Made by a program: the position numbers and the translations under genes. 64,000 nt of DNA from Kiritimatiellia bacterium (GTDB lineage: Bacteria; Verrucomicrobiota; Kiritimatiellia; JAAZAB01): assembly GCA_040767085.1 (NCBI GenBank), contig JAXGPF010000009.1, positions 2,307 to 66,306 of the forward strand, read 5' to 3'. The notes beneath the pieces were generated by a model. It was not told the origin of the DNA, ran no database searches, and worked only from the letters and a program-made list of their open reading frames with translations. Below are positions 9,329 to 19,580 of the stretch, one piece after another (the stretch's first letter is position 1; the number at the start of each line of letters is the position of its first letter).

Positions 9329-9512
9329 GCGGGCATAATAGCAGGATGGGCCGGCGCATCGCAAGCATATCCCGCTGCCCGCGGCATGTTTTTAGGATAG
9401 CATCAGGCTGCGTCATGCGCGTAAAATACGGCGCCGACCCTCAACAGCTTCAGCGCAGCGGGGCGTGCGGCGGCGAAAATCCGGATTGTAACTTGCGGAT
9501 GAATTTCATACA

Positions 9513-11954
9513 ATGCATCCGCAAACCCGCTTCACGGTCTTGAGCAGGCGCCCGGCGGGATACATCATGCAAAGCACAAGCCTATATCATTCCATTCTGG
9601 ATGCCATGCCGGAGATGGTGTACATCTGCGACGCGCATAACCGCCTGGAATACATCAATCCCGCCATGGCCCGCCGGCTGCAGCGCGACGCGGCCGGCGA
9701 ACTTTGCCACCAGGCTATTTACCAGCGCGAACAGCCCTGTCAATGGTGCCCCCGCGCCCGGCCGGCGCCGGACGGCAACAGACCATGCGAAACCACGCGC
9801 ACCATGGACGGCCGCACTTTCCGCATCGCATGCACGCCCATCTCACACGAAAACCGCCCGGCGTCCTACCTGTTCATCATGCGGGATATCACGGACAGCC
9901 GGCAGGCGGAACAGGCGCTGCAGGAAAGCGAAGCCCGCTACAAGCGGCTGGTGGCATCGGTCACGGATTACATTTACTCCGTCAAGATCAAGGATGGCAA
10001 AGTCGCTTCCACCCTGCATGGCGAAGGATGCATCGCCGTCACCGGTTACTCCACCGCGGATTACGAGCAAGACCCGGATTTGTGGTTCAAGATGGTGCAC
10101 GAAGATGACCGCGCCAAGGTGCTGGATCAGGCCCGCCGCCTGCTGGCGGGAGAAACCGTGCCGCCGCTGGAACACCGCCTGCTCCATAAGAACGGCAAAA
10201 TCTGCTGGGTGCGCAATACGGCCGTGGTCCACCGCGACAGCCGCAACCAGGTGGTCGCCTACGACGGCCTGGTCTCCAACATCACCGAACGCAAACTGGC
10301 CGAAGAACAGCTGAACGAACACGCCCGTAAACTGGAAATCATCAACCGCATCATCATGGCCGTCAACAAGGCCTCCACGCTGGCCAGCACCCTGGAGGAG
10401 GCGCTGCACTCGGCGCTGGAATTGATGCAGTTCCGCGGCGGCGGCATCTACCTGGTGAATGAATCCGCCGGCACGGCGGAAATGCGCTGTGTCAACGGCT
10501 TTCCGGCTGATTTCATCACGGCCATGGCGCGCCTGGACTTGCGCGACAACCGCTATGCCGGCCTGTTCCATGACGGGCGGGCGGCATTCGACGGCAATTG
10601 CCGCCTGACGCAGCCGGAATTCGCCCGGCATTGGAACATCGCCGCTCTGGCGCGCCTGCCGCTCATTTCCCAGGATAAAATCATCGGGCTGCTGCTGCTG
10701 GCCGATCCCGCCCCGCATAACTTCACCCCGGCCGAGCAGGACATCCTGCTGTCCATCGCCCGGCAAATCGGCACGGCCCTGGCCAAAACCAGCTCCGAAC
10801 TGGCGCTGCGGGAGAGCGAAAACCGTTACCGCACCATCACGGAACAATCGCTGGTCGGCGTGCAGATCATCAAGGATGGCCGGCTGATTTTCGTCAATGA
10901 AGGCTGGACCGCCATCACCGGCTACACCCGCCGCGACCTGGAGCATTGGAGCGACCGCGACTTCCTCCGGATCATCCACCCGGAAGACCAGCAGTTTTTC
11001 ATGAAGCACATGCAGGATTGCCAGGACGCCGACAACGGCGGGAGCAAGCCCTGCGATTACCGGTTTATCGCGCAATCCGGCGCAACGAAGTGGGTGGCCC
11101 TGCATGTCCGCCGGGTCAACTTCGCCGACGGCGCCGCGGTCATGGCCATTATCGTGGACATTACCAACCGCAAGCTCGCCGAGCAGGCGCTGGCCGCGGC
11201 CCACCAGCGCCTGCAGGCCCGCGAAGAGCAGTTGCGGGCGATCAACCAGGAGCTCAGCGCCGCCAACGCGCAATTGAAGGCCAGCGAGACCAAACTGATG
11301 GCCGCCAACCGCGACAAGGAAATCCTGCTGAAAGAAATCCACCATCGCGTCAAAAACAATCTGCAGGTGGTCTCCAGCCTGCTGAAGCTGCAATTGGCGC
11401 ACATCCAGGACGAGCAGGCCCGGCAACTTCTCGGTGAATGCCAGAACCGGATCAAGTCCATCGCGATCGTGCATGAAAAACTGTACCAGGCGCCCAACCT
11501 GGCGGAAGTCAATGTCGGCGAATACATTCAAAGCCTGACCAAGCACCTTTTTCGCGCCTTCCTGGTTGATCCGGAATCCGTCAGCGTCAAAATCGAAGCC
11601 GGCGAGGTCGTTCTGGGGATCGACAAGGCCATTCCCTGCAGCCTGCTGATCAACGAACTGGTGTCCAATTCCCTCAAATATGCCTTCGCCCGCTGCCATC
11701 GCGGTGAAATTTCAATCAAGTTGCAGGCCGCCCCCGGCGCCCGGTACCTGCTGGAAGTGGCCGACAGCGGCTGCGGCATTCCCGCGCACGTGGATATCCG
11801 CAACACCGCCACGCTGGGCATGCAGCTGGTGATGACCTTCGTGGAACAATTGAACGGCACCATTACCCTTGATAAAAGCCGCGGGACGCGTTTTATCATT
11901 TCCTTCACCGACGAGAAGAAAGCCGCGGCTCTCGCGCCGCCGGCCAAGCCATGA
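9513..11954 (+). CDS. multi-PAS/GAF sensor histidine kinase (HisKA_2/HWE-type H-box)
   Basis: Several PAS blocks. H-box HHRVKNNLQVVSSLLKLQ. HATPase G-boxes (DSGCGIP, GTLGMQLV). An alternative start at 9567 (MQSTSLY) is possible. Confidence 0.75.
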   Translation: MHPQTRFTVLSRRPAGYIMQSTSLYHSILDAMPEMVYICDAHNRLEYINPAMARRLQRDAAGELCHQAIYQREQPCQWCPRARPAPDGNRPCETTRTMDGRTFRIACTPISHENRPASYLFIMRDITDSRQAEQALQESEARYKRLVASVTDYIYSVKIKDGKVASTLHGEGCIAVTGYSTADYEQDPDLWFKMVHEDDRAKVLDQARRLLAGETVPPLEHRLLHKNGKICWVRNTAVVHRDSRNQVVAYDGLVSNITERKLAEEQLNEHARKLEIINRIIMAVNKASTLASTLEEALHSALELMQFRGGGIYLVNESAGTAEMRCVNGFPADFITAMARLDLRDNRYAGLFHDGRAAFDGNCRLTQPEFARHWNIAALARLPLISQDKIIGLLLLADPAPHNFTPAEQDILLSIARQIGTALAKTSSELALRESENRYRTITEQSLVGVQIIKDGRLIFVNEGWTAITGYTRRDLEHWSDRDFLRIIHPEDQQFFMKHMQDCQDADNGGSKPCDYRFIAQSGATKWVALHVRRVNFADGAAVMAIIVDITNRKLAEQALAAAHQRLQAREEQLRAINQELSAANAQLKASETKLMAANRDKEILLKEIHHRVKNNLQVVSSLLKLQLAHIQDEQARQLLGECQNRIKSIAIVHEKLYQAPNLAEVNVGEYIQSLTKHLFRAFLVDPESVSVKIEAGEVVLGIDKAIPCSLLINELVSNSLKYAFARCHRGEISIKLQAAPGARYLLEVADSGCGIPAHVDIRNTATLGMQLVMTFVEQLNGTITLDKSRGTRFIISFTDEKKAAALAPPAKP

Positions 11955-12985
11955 AACGCGCCCACCGCCGCCGCAAGCAGAAATTAATGCGCTTGCTCGC
12001 CGCCCGCGCGCCCGACACGTCCGCCCGGCTTTACCGCGCCGCTGACGCCGTGCGCCGCTTGAACATGGGCAACGCGGTTTACCTGCGCGGCATCGTTGAA
12101 TTTTCCAATTGCTGCTCCAATCGCTGCTGGTACTGCGGCTTGCGCGCGGATAACCGGCGGGTGCGTCGATACCGCATGCCGCCCGATGAGATACTGACGG
12201 CCTGCCGCCAACTGGCTGCCGCCGGGATGACCACGGTGGTGCTGCAATCCGGCGAGGCCCGGACCTGCGGCGACCGCGACCTGGGCCGGCTGATCGAACG
12301 GATCAAGGCGGAAACGGCCCTGGCGGTCACCGTGTCGGTCGGCAACCGTCCCCGCGATGTTTACGCCTATTGGCGCGCCTGCGGTATGGACCGTTACTTC
12401 CTGCGGTTTGAGACCAGTCATCCGCGTTTATTCGCGCGCCTGCATCCGGACTGCACCCTGGCGGAACGTCTGGCGTGCCTGCGCAGCCTGCAAGCGCTGG
12501 GCGTGCAGACCGGCAGCGGCTTCATGATCGGGCTTCCCGGCGAAACGCGCTCCATCCTGGCCGACAATATCCTGCTCTGCCGCGAACTGGACCTGGACAT
12601 GATCGGCATCGGCCCTTTCATCCCCCACCCCGACACGCCGCTGGGCCGGGCGCGGAACGTTTACCGGGCCGATCCGGAAATTTTCTTCCGGGCGCTGGCC
12701 GCTTTGCGGATATTCAACCCGCGCGCCCATATCCCCGCTACGACCGCCTTTGACGCTGTTTTCCCGGGCGCGGGCCGCGACCTCGCCCTGCAGCGCGGCG
12801 CCAACGTTTTCATGCCCAACAGCACGCCCGCCTCCTACCGCGGCGATTACCTGCTTTATCCCGGCAAGCCGGGCGTGGACAGCGACGGGGCCGCGGCGGC
12901 CCGCGACGTCCGGCGGCGCCTGCGGCGACTGGGGCGCCCGCTGGGCCGGGGTCCCGGCCATTCCCTCAAGCACAGGCCCCTTTAA
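11951..12985 (+). CDS. hydE: [FeFe]-hydrogenase maturase HydE (radical SAM, BioB-like)
   Basis: CX3CX2C (CSNRCWYC). BioB/HydE-like core. C-terminal block (GANVFMPNSTPASYRGDYLLYPGK ... LGRGPGHS) matching the HydE tail. ATG overlaps the HK stop by 4 nt. Confidence 0.75.
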   Translation: MKRAHRRRKQKLMRLLAARAPDTSARLYRAADAVRRLNMGNAVYLRGIVEFSNCCSNRCWYCGLRADNRRVRRYRMPPDEILTACRQLAAAGMTTVVLQSGEARTCGDRDLGRLIERIKAETALAVTVSVGNRPRDVYAYWRACGMDRYFLRFETSHPRLFARLHPDCTLAERLACLRSLQALGVQTGSGFMIGLPGETRSILADNILLCRELDLDMIGIGPFIPHPDTPLGRARNVYRADPEIFFRALAALRIFNPRAHIPATTAFDAVFPGAGRDLALQRGANVFMPNSTPASYRGDYLLYPGKPGVDSDGAAAARDVRRRLRRLGRPLGRGPGHSLKHRPL

Positions 12986-12989
12986 CACC

Positions 12990-15254
12990 ATGGATACCGC
13001 CATACCCCAGGCCAACCTCAGCCACGCGGACAAGGTCCGGGCCCTGCCGTGGTATTACACCTTTCATGCGTCCAACACGGTCTTCGTGCTGCTGACGATT
13101 TTCGGACCGGTTTTTCCCCTTTTCATGCATGCCATGGGATTGCGGAAAGCGCAAATCGGCGCCTTGCTGGCCATCCCGCATGTCTTTACCATTCTGGCTT
13201 TGTTGATTGCGGGGCTGGTCAGCCGGCGCGGGCCGAAGCGCATTTTCATTTCGATGACCATCGCGCGGGTGATCATCATCTCCGGCTTGCTGATCATCCC
13301 GCTGGCGCGCCGATGGCTGACGCCGCCGCAAATCTTCCTGGCACTGTCAACCATTATCGCCGGGTTTGCTTTTTGCCGGGCCGTGGCGGAAACGGGATAC
13401 CTGCCATGGGAAAAGCAGTTTATTCCCGATCGCAGCCGCGGCAAGGTCTATGCCATCAACGGCATCATCGCCGGCCTGACCGCCTTCGGCACATCGCTGG
13501 CTGCCTCCCTGGTTTTGCGGCGTTTTCACGGCATCGTCGGCTACCAATGGCTGATTCTGGCCGGCATCGCCTTCAGCCTGGTCTCGATCTGGTGCCTGCG
13601 GTTTATCCCCGGCGGCAGTCCGGCGCCGTCCGCCCTCCGCTCCCGTCCCATCCTGGAAAGCCTGATGATTCCGATGCGCGACTCCAATTTCCGGCGTTTC
13701 CTGCTGGTCAACGGCCTGTTTGTGCTGGCCTGCGGCGTCTTCCCTTTCCTGCCCTTGTACCTGCAATCTCAATTCGGGCTGCCGCCTGCCCGCATCATGA
13801 CGATGGACATGGCCCTGCGCGGGGGCATCCTGGCCGCCAGCCTGTTCTGGGGCTGGAGCGCCGATCGCTTCGGCGGCCGGCCGGTGGGCATTACCGGCAT
13901 CCTGATGGTGATGGTTTTTCCGCTGGCCTTGTGCCTGCTCCCTCCGCAGATTCAGCCGCTGGCACTGGTGCTGGGCGCCATTTACTGTTTTTACGGGATG
14001 GCAGTCCAGGGGTACCTGGTGGGATTGACCCGCTACCTCTACGCCGATGCCGTGCCGACGCAAGCCAGCGCCGGATACTTTGCCCTGCATTATTCCACCA
14101 GCGGCGTCTGCACGGCCATCGGCCCTTTAATCGCCGGGTACCTGCTGGATAGCTGCGCGCCGCTTAACCGGCAATGGGGCTGGTTCGCCATCACGCCTTA
14201 CACGCCGGTGCTGCTGGTTTCCACCGCGCTTTTCGCCGCCGCCGCCGCGTTCGGCCACCGGCTGCGCAGCGCCGCCGCCCTGCCCACGGGCAAATTTCTG
14301 TCGCTGCTGATCCAGGGCAATCCGCTGCTGGCGTTCGGCTCGATCGTACGCTATCAATTCGCCTGGAACGAAAACGAGCGCATCAGCACCACGGAACACA
14401 TGGGCCGGGCGAAAAACACCGCCAGCGCGGACGAATTGCTGGCATCGCTCCAGGACCCCAGTTTTAATGTGCGTTACGAAGCCATTCTGGCGATTGCCCG
14501 CCTGCCCGCCACGCCGCAATTGACCGATGCGCTGGTCGGCGTGCTGCGCAGCAAGGAGCCGGATTTGAGCGTGGCGGCGGGCTGGGCCTTAGGGCGGCTC
14601 GGCGATCGACGCGCCATCCCCGCCCTGCGGGAAACCCTGCAATCGGAATTTGCTCTGCTCCGGTCCCGGGCCGCCCGTTCGCTGGCCATCCTGGGAGACA
14701 GCGCCAGCGCCGCCGCGATGCTGGAAGCCTTGCGCCATGAACAGAATGACGCCATCCGCGTCGCCTACGCCACCGCCCTGGGCAGTCTTCGGGTCGAGGA
14801 CGCCTTGCCCGCGATTCTGGATTTGCTGGACCGGCTGCCAGCCGGACCGCTGCGCAACGAGGCGGCGCTGGCGGCGGCCCGGATCGTCGGTTGCGACAGC
14901 CGGTTCATCCGTCTCTGGCGCGCCGCCCGGCACGAGACCGGCGCTGCCGGCGCCGAAGCTTTGCGGCAGGCGGCGCCGTTGTTCGCCGGCCGCCGGGAGG
15001 GGCCGCCGGCGGCGCGCGCGGCCTGGCACACCGCCATTCAGGCCCTGCAGTCAGGCGACAGCGCCGGCGGCGCGCGCCATCTTGCATGGCTGCTTTCACT
15101 CATGGAAGCCCTGCCCGGCGGCGCGCTGGAACGCCAGGTCTGGGCGGCATGCCGGCAGCATCTGGAATCGGCCGGCAAGGGAGAACTGCGCCGGGAATAT
15201 CTGTTGCTGGCGCTCAGTCTGCTGCAAAAAAGCGCGCAAAGCGCCGATAATTAA
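12990..15254 (+). CDS. MFS transporter fused to a C-terminal HEAT-repeat (PBS lyase-like) domain
   Basis: About 12 predicted TM helices with MFS-like loop spacing (aa 1-470), followed by repeated HEAT-like units (VRYEAILAIARL..., LRSRAARSLAILGD, AIRVAYATALGSL...). ATG at 12990 lies 5 nt after the hydE stop. Confidence 0.6.
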   Translation: MDTAIPQANLSHADKVRALPWYYTFHASNTVFVLLTIFGPVFPLFMHAMGLRKAQIGALLAIPHVFTILALLIAGLVSRRGPKRIFISMTIARVIIISGLLIIPLARRWLTPPQIFLALSTIIAGFAFCRAVAETGYLPWEKQFIPDRSRGKVYAINGIIAGLTAFGTSLAASLVLRRFHGIVGYQWLILAGIAFSLVSIWCLRFIPGGSPAPSALRSRPILESLMIPMRDSNFRRFLLVNGLFVLACGVFPFLPLYLQSQFGLPPARIMTMDMALRGGILAASLFWGWSADRFGGRPVGITGILMVMVFPLALCLLPPQIQPLALVLGAIYCFYGMAVQGYLVGLTRYLYADAVPTQASAGYFALHYSTSGVCTAIGPLIAGYLLDSCAPLNRQWGWFAITPYTPVLLVSTALFAAAAAFGHRLRSAAALPTGKFLSLLIQGNPLLAFGSIVRYQFAWNENERISTTEHMGRAKNTASADELLASLQDPSFNVRYEAILAIARLPATPQLTDALVGVLRSKEPDLSVAAGWALGRLGDRRAIPALRETLQSEFALLRSRAARSLAILGDSASAAAMLEALRHEQNDAIRVAYATALGSLRVEDALPAILDLLDRLPAGPLRNEAALAAARIVGCDSRFIRLWRAARHETGAAGAEALRQAAPLFAGRREGPPAARAAWHTAIQALQSGDSAGGARHLAWLLSLMEALPGGALERQVWAACRQHLESAGKGELRREYLLLALSLLQKSAQSADN

Positions 15255-15294
15255 GCCAGCGGCCCGGCGGAGCGGCGCCGTACAGGCTGTGCCG

Positions 15295-16044
15295 CTACCC
15301 CCGGGGGCCGGACCGCGAACGGCGGGCCGGGCCGGGATGCAACCGGTTGATCTCAGCCAGCAAGTGCGCGGCCGCTTGGCGTTCGGCTTCGCGCTTGTTG
15401 GCGCCCGCACCCATGGCGGCGGTATTGCCCGCCGTCACACGCACCTGAAACTGGATCGCATGCGACGGGCCGCTGCGCCTGACCACTTCGTATTTCGGTC
15501 CGGATTTCCAGCGTTTCTGGGCCAGGGCCTGCAACTGGCCCTTTGGATTATCGCCCCAGAAGTCATGCGGATCTATGGCGATCGCCGGCAAGATGACTTT
15601 TTTGAAGATGCGGGCGACGGCCTTCAGGCCGCCATCCAGGTAGGCGGCGCCGAGAATGGCTTCCATGGCATCCAGCACGTTGGAATCCCGGCGGTTGCCG
15701 CCGGACAGGCGTTCGCCCTTGCCCAGGAGCAAGTAGTCGCCCAGCCCGATGGCGTGTCCCACCTGCGCCAGGGCTTCGCCGCTGGTGTAGCGGCTGCGCA
15801 GGCTAGTCAAGGCACCCTCCTGCAGTTCGGGATATTTCAGGTAAAGGAAATGGCCGACTACCAGGCCCAGGGCCGCGTCGCCGAGGTATTCCAGGCGCTG
15901 ATTATCGTCCTGGACGTTTTCGGTTTCGAACCGGTAGGATGGATGCGAAAGCGCCATGACCAGGCCGCGGCGGCGGCGGAAGGCATAACCCAGCTTCCGC
16001 TCGAGCTGACGGTACGGATTTTGGATGATGGAGAGCAATCTCAT
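15295..16044 (-). CDS. rnc: ribonuclease III
   Basis: RNase III signature ERLEYLGDAALGLVV plus a C-terminal dsRBD. Internal ATG at 16044 chosen; overlaps the xer stop by 4 nt. Confidence 0.8.
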   Translation of the reverse strand: MRLLSIIQNPYRQLERKLGYAFRRRRGLVMALSHPSYRFETENVQDDNQRLEYLGDAALGLVVGHFLYLKYPELQEGALTSLRSRYTSGEALAQVGHAIGLGDYLLLGKGERLSGGNRRDSNVLDAMEAILGAAYLDGGLKAVARIFKKVILPAIAIDPHDFWGDNPKGQLQALAQKRWKSGPKYEVVRRSGPSHAIQFQVRVTAGNTAAMGAGANKREAERQAAAHLLAEINRLHPGPARRSRSGPRG

Positions 16045-16928
16045 GCGCGTGGATGGAATTGGGTGTGAATGCTTTTCAACCGGGACTGATCGAGATGGGT
16101 GTAAATCTGGGTCGTGGCGATATCGGCATGCCCGAGCATCTCCTGGATCATGCGCAGGGGCGCTCCGTTGTATAAAAGGTGTGTGGCGAAGGAATGCCGC
16201 AGCGTGTGCGGGGAAATTTTCTTGCCGATACCGGCCCGGCGCGCATATTGTTTCACGAGGTGCCAGACGGTCTTGCGGCTCAGGGCGGCGCCGCGGCGGG
16301 AGAGGAACACCTCGCGGTCCGCGCGCTCGCCCAGTAAAACCGGCCGGACGGCGGCAAGATAAGTCTGCAGCAACCGCGCGCATGTTTCCGAAAACGGCAC
16401 CAGGCGCTCCTTTTCGCCTTTACCCACGCAGCGCAAAAAACCGGCGTCAAAATGCAGGTCGTCCACGCGCAGCCGGCAGATTTCAGACACGCGCAGGCCG
16501 GTGGCATACATCGTTTCCAGGATGGCGCGATCCCGCTGCCGGAGGGGCGCTTCCCCTTCCGGCGCGTGCAGCAATTGCTCCACCTCGCGCAGCGACAGGT
16601 TGGCCGGCAGCACTTTCCACAACCGCGGCGAATCCATCGCCGCCACCACATCGCGCGCCAGCAGATTCTCCTCGTGCAGGAACCGGAACCAGATGCGGAT
16701 ACTCACAAATTCCCGCGAAATGGAATTCAATCCCATGCCGCGCGCGCGCTCGTCCATCAGGAAATCCAGCACCAGCGCCCGGGTGACGCTGTTCAAGACC
16801 GCCACCCGGCGCCGTTCCAGGAAGCGCTTGAACTTCAACAAGTCGGCGGCATACGCCGCGCGGGTATTCGCGCTCAGCCCGCGCTCCAGGCTGACGTAAT
16901 CCAAAAACTGCTCAATCAACGTCTGCAT
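16041..16928 (-). CDS. tyrosine recombinase XerC/XerD family
   Basis: Phage-integrase fold with R...HxxR...Y motifs (ATGLRVSE; HTLRHSFATHLL; TQIYTH). Confidence 0.8.
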   Translation of the reverse strand: MQTLIEQFLDYVSLERGLSANTRAAYAADLLKFKRFLERRRVAVLNSVTRALVLDFLMDERARGMGLNSISREFVSIRIWFRFLHEENLLARDVVAAMDSPRLWKVLPANLSLREVEQLLHAPEGEAPLRQRDRAILETMYATGLRVSEICRLRVDDLHFDAGFLRCVGKGEKERLVPFSETCARLLQTYLAAVRPVLLGERADREVFLSRRGAALSRKTVWHLVKQYARRAGIGKKISPHTLRHSFATHLLYNGAPLRMIQEMLGHADIATTQIYTHLDQSRLKSIHTQFHPRA

Positions 16929-16945
16929 GCAATGGGCGGCACGAT

Positions 16946-17293
16946 TCAGCGGACGGCAGCCGGCAGGTTGGCCGCCGCGTTGGTGTTAGCCGGGATGTCA
17001 TTGGCATCGAATCCGGCATTGGCAATGATGAATTCCAGGTTTTTCCGGGCAATGACCATGGAATTATAGGTGACCCGCACGGTGCGGGCCGCGATGTCCG
17101 GCTGGACGGTTTTGATCCCCGGATAACGGATGAAGGCGTCCTGAACGATGCGGGCGCATTCCTGGTCCTTCAGACCTGGCACCTGGATCGTTACGGTGCG
17201 CATATCCTGCTTGCGGCAGCCGGATGCCCAGCAACATCCGGCGGCCAGCAGTCCGGCGATCAAAATCTTAAACCAGCGAAATGGGCAATCCAT
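16946..17293 (-). CDS. hypothetical lipoprotein (HMA-like fold without CxxC)
   Basis: Signal peptide plus lipobox (LLAAGCCWASGC). Short beta-alpha-beta-like domain. Confidence 0.4.
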   Translation of the reverse strand: MDCPFRWFKILIAGLLAAGCCWASGCRKQDMRTVTIQVPGLKDQECARIVQDAFIRYPGIKTVQPDIAARTVRVTYNSMVIARKNLEFIIANAGFDANDIPANTNAAANLPAAVR

Positions 17294-17428
17294 TCTTATC
17301 CTCCGAATGGTGGTTCTGTCTCCGGCCGGGCTGCCCGGCCGCAAGACCGCCTGATCCCGTCAAACATACACCAATCCCGGCGCATTCGGCAAGGATTTTT
17401 CCGCGCCCGCCCCGGCCAGTGTGCAACC

Positions 17429-18373
17429 TTACTCCTGAGCGGGAGGTGTTTCAGGCCCGGCCGCCGCCGGCGACGCGGCCACCGGATCGAACAACCACCG
17501 CTTATTAAACCAGAACCACTGCTCCGGCTCGTCCCGCACGCAGCGGTCAAACACATCGAACACCGCCTGCGTCATCCGCCGGGCATCCGTCTGCTTGTCC
17601 AGCGCAGAATCCGGCCGCACCGGGTCGAACACCCGGTAAACATGGCGCCCCCATCCAACGCGGGTAATGACGCAAGGGAAGATCGGCGCGTTGGTCTGAC
17701 GGGCAATAAAGCCCATCCCGCCGGCGATGTTGGCGGTCTGGCCAAGGAAATGCACGGCCAGGGCCGGCGTGGGCGAACGCACGTCCGGCAGGATTGCCAG
17801 CACCTTGCCGGCGCGGATGCGCCGGATGATCCCCTTGGCCGCATGCTGATCGCGCAGGATGGTTTCGAACCCGGTTTGGGCCCGCAAGCGGTTCATGTAA
17901 TCATCCGCCAGCAGGTTTTTCTGGCGGGCGGCGATCGAGAACAGCGGCAGCTTGTAAGCCAGGCAGGCCAGGGCGGCCATTTCCCACGCGCCCATGTGCA
18001 TGGTGGCAATGATGGCGCCTTGACCGGTCTGCGCCTGGGCGCGCAGCTTGTCAATGCCGTCTTCGCTGACCACGCGCATGATCCATTCCGGGCTCATCAC
18101 GGGAATGCGCATCAAATCCACGCAACTGAAAACGAAGTTGCGCCAGGAGCCCCAGGCGATGCGGCGGACTTCCCGCCGTGACAGGTCCGGGCCGAAGATT
18201 TCACGGATGCGCGCTTCCGCGGTCCGCACCCGGAAACGCGCCGTGTAAAAGCCCAGCCAGGCCAGCCCCCACCCCAACGCCAGGGCGGCGCGGTAAGGCA
18301 AGATTCCCGCCAGGGCGCCCACGGCGCGCAAGGCAAAGTATTCCGCGTAATGTTTCGGTTTATGGCGCATCAC
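17429..18373 (-). CDS. lipid A biosynthesis lauroyl/myristoyl acyltransferase family protein (LPLAT/HtrB-like)
   Basis: N-terminal TM anchor. HX4D-like region (ATMHMGAWE). Size and order typical of LpxL/LpxM family. Confidence 0.6.
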   Translation of the reverse strand: MMRHKPKHYAEYFALRAVGALAGILPYRAALALGWGLAWLGFYTARFRVRTAEARIREIFGPDLSRREVRRIAWGSWRNFVFSCVDLMRIPVMSPEWIMRVVSEDGIDKLRAQAQTGQGAIIATMHMGAWEMAALACLAYKLPLFSIAARQKNLLADDYMNRLRAQTGFETILRDQHAAKGIIRRIRAGKVLAILPDVRSPTPALAVHFLGQTANIAGGMGFIARQTNAPIFPCVITRVGWGRHVYRVFDPVRPDSALDKQTDARRMTQAVFDVFDRCVRDEPEQWFWFNKRWLFDPVAASPAAAGPETPPAQE

Positions 18374-18428
18374 AGTTCCCCTGATGGCTCCGCCCGGCGA
18401 CAGCGCACTGCCTGCCCGGCCGCCCCGG

Positions 18429-19580
18429 TCAAGCCGGCTGGTTTTTACGATCTAAAATCCGCGTGACGGCCCGGCGGACCAGGTCCGCTATCCGCAGCAG
18501 CGTTGATTGCCGGAACGCAACGGCATTCACCGGACAGACCTCGCTGCAGCAGCCGCATTCGATGCAGGCGCCCGAATCCAGAACTGGCGGCCCGGCCGCG
18601 GGCAGGGCGATGGCCGGCGCCGGACAGGCGGCGATGCAGCGCCCGCAGCGTATGCAATTGGGAGCAAATGCCGGGCGGTTCCACAACCAGGGCCTTAAAA
18701 GCCGCACCAGGCGCGCGGAAATCAACCGGTGGGCGAAGGTCGCCGGCAGTTCGAATGGCGGCAAAACCGAGGCGCCGTCCAGATCGCCCAAACAAACCGG
18801 AGCGAGCGGCGGAGTCGCCATCAGCAGCGGCGCCAGGCAGGGCAACTTGTCCGGCCGGATGCGCAGGAGACGGCAAAGCGCCAGTTCCAGGGCCGCCCCG
18901 TCATCAGCGGCAGCCAGAAATCCCAGGCGCACCGGCCGGCCGGCGGTCGGACCGTTCCCTTCCATGGCAGTGACGGCGTCGCAAATCGTCAACCCGGGCC
19001 GCACCAGGCCGTACAAATGCGCCATCAAGCCGCCCAGCATGGCCGGAGTGGGAAAGGCCTTGTGCAGGGCGGTTTTCTGGGCGCCGGGCAGCACGCCGAA
19101 GATGTTTTTAACGGGGCCGGTCAAAATCGTCAGCAAATGCGTCTTCAACTTCGGCACATTGACGATCAAGTCCGCTTCCAGCACCGGCCGGGCAATGCTG
19201 AACGGCACGCCCTGGTAGTTAAAAAGGCGGGCGCCGGACTGCTCCAGGTTCAATAAAGGCGTGTGTTCGTCGGCGCACATTGCGGCAAATCCCGTGGCTT
19301 CCCAGACGCGTTCCATTTTATGTGGCGCGGCGGCGCTGTCGGCCACCGCCACGGTATGGCCCTGCCGGCGCAGATGGCGGATAATGGCGCGCACGACTTC
19401 CGGGTGGGTCGTGGCGGCGTGCTCGGGCGGTCGGTCGGTCAGCAGGTTGGGCTTGATCAGCACGCGCCGGCCCCCTCCCGCCAATGCTGCCGGGCGCAGC
19501 GTATCCAGGAGGCGCCCCAGCGCCGCCGCCACCGCCGCCGGCTGGTAGTCCGCGCATCTGGCGAAAGCGACCGCCGTCAT
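18429..19580 (-). CDS. DUF362-like protein with C-terminal 2x[4Fe-4S] ferredoxin domain
   Basis: Two CxxCxxCxxxCP motifs (CIRCGRCIAACP; CIECGCCSEVCP) at the C-terminus. The N-terminal domain resembles DUF362. Confidence 0.55.
   Translation of the reverse strand: MTAVAFARCADYQPAAVAAALGRLLDTLRPAALAGGGRRVLIKPNLLTDRPPEHAATTHPEVVRAIIRHLRRQGHTVAVADSAAAPHKMERVWEATGFAAMCADEHTPLLNLEQSGARLFNYQGVPFSIARPVLEADLIVNVPKLKTHLLTILTGPVKNIFGVLPGAQKTALHKAFPTPAMLGGLMAHLYGLVRPGLTICDAVTAMEGNGPTAGRPVRLGFLAAADDGAALELALCRLLRIRPDKLPCLAPLLMATPPLAPVCLGDLDGASVLPPFELPATFAHRLISARLVRLLRPWLWNRPAFAPNCIRCGRCIAACPAPAIALPAAGPPVLDSGACIECGCCSEVCPVNAVAFRQSTLLRIADLVRRAVTRILDRKNQPA

Noticed and set aside
9843-11699. 618-aa ORF on the minus strand
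   Set aside because: Entirely antisense to the well-supported PAS histidine kinase. Low-complexity Gly/Ala/Asp-rich translation typical of GC-rich antisense frames.
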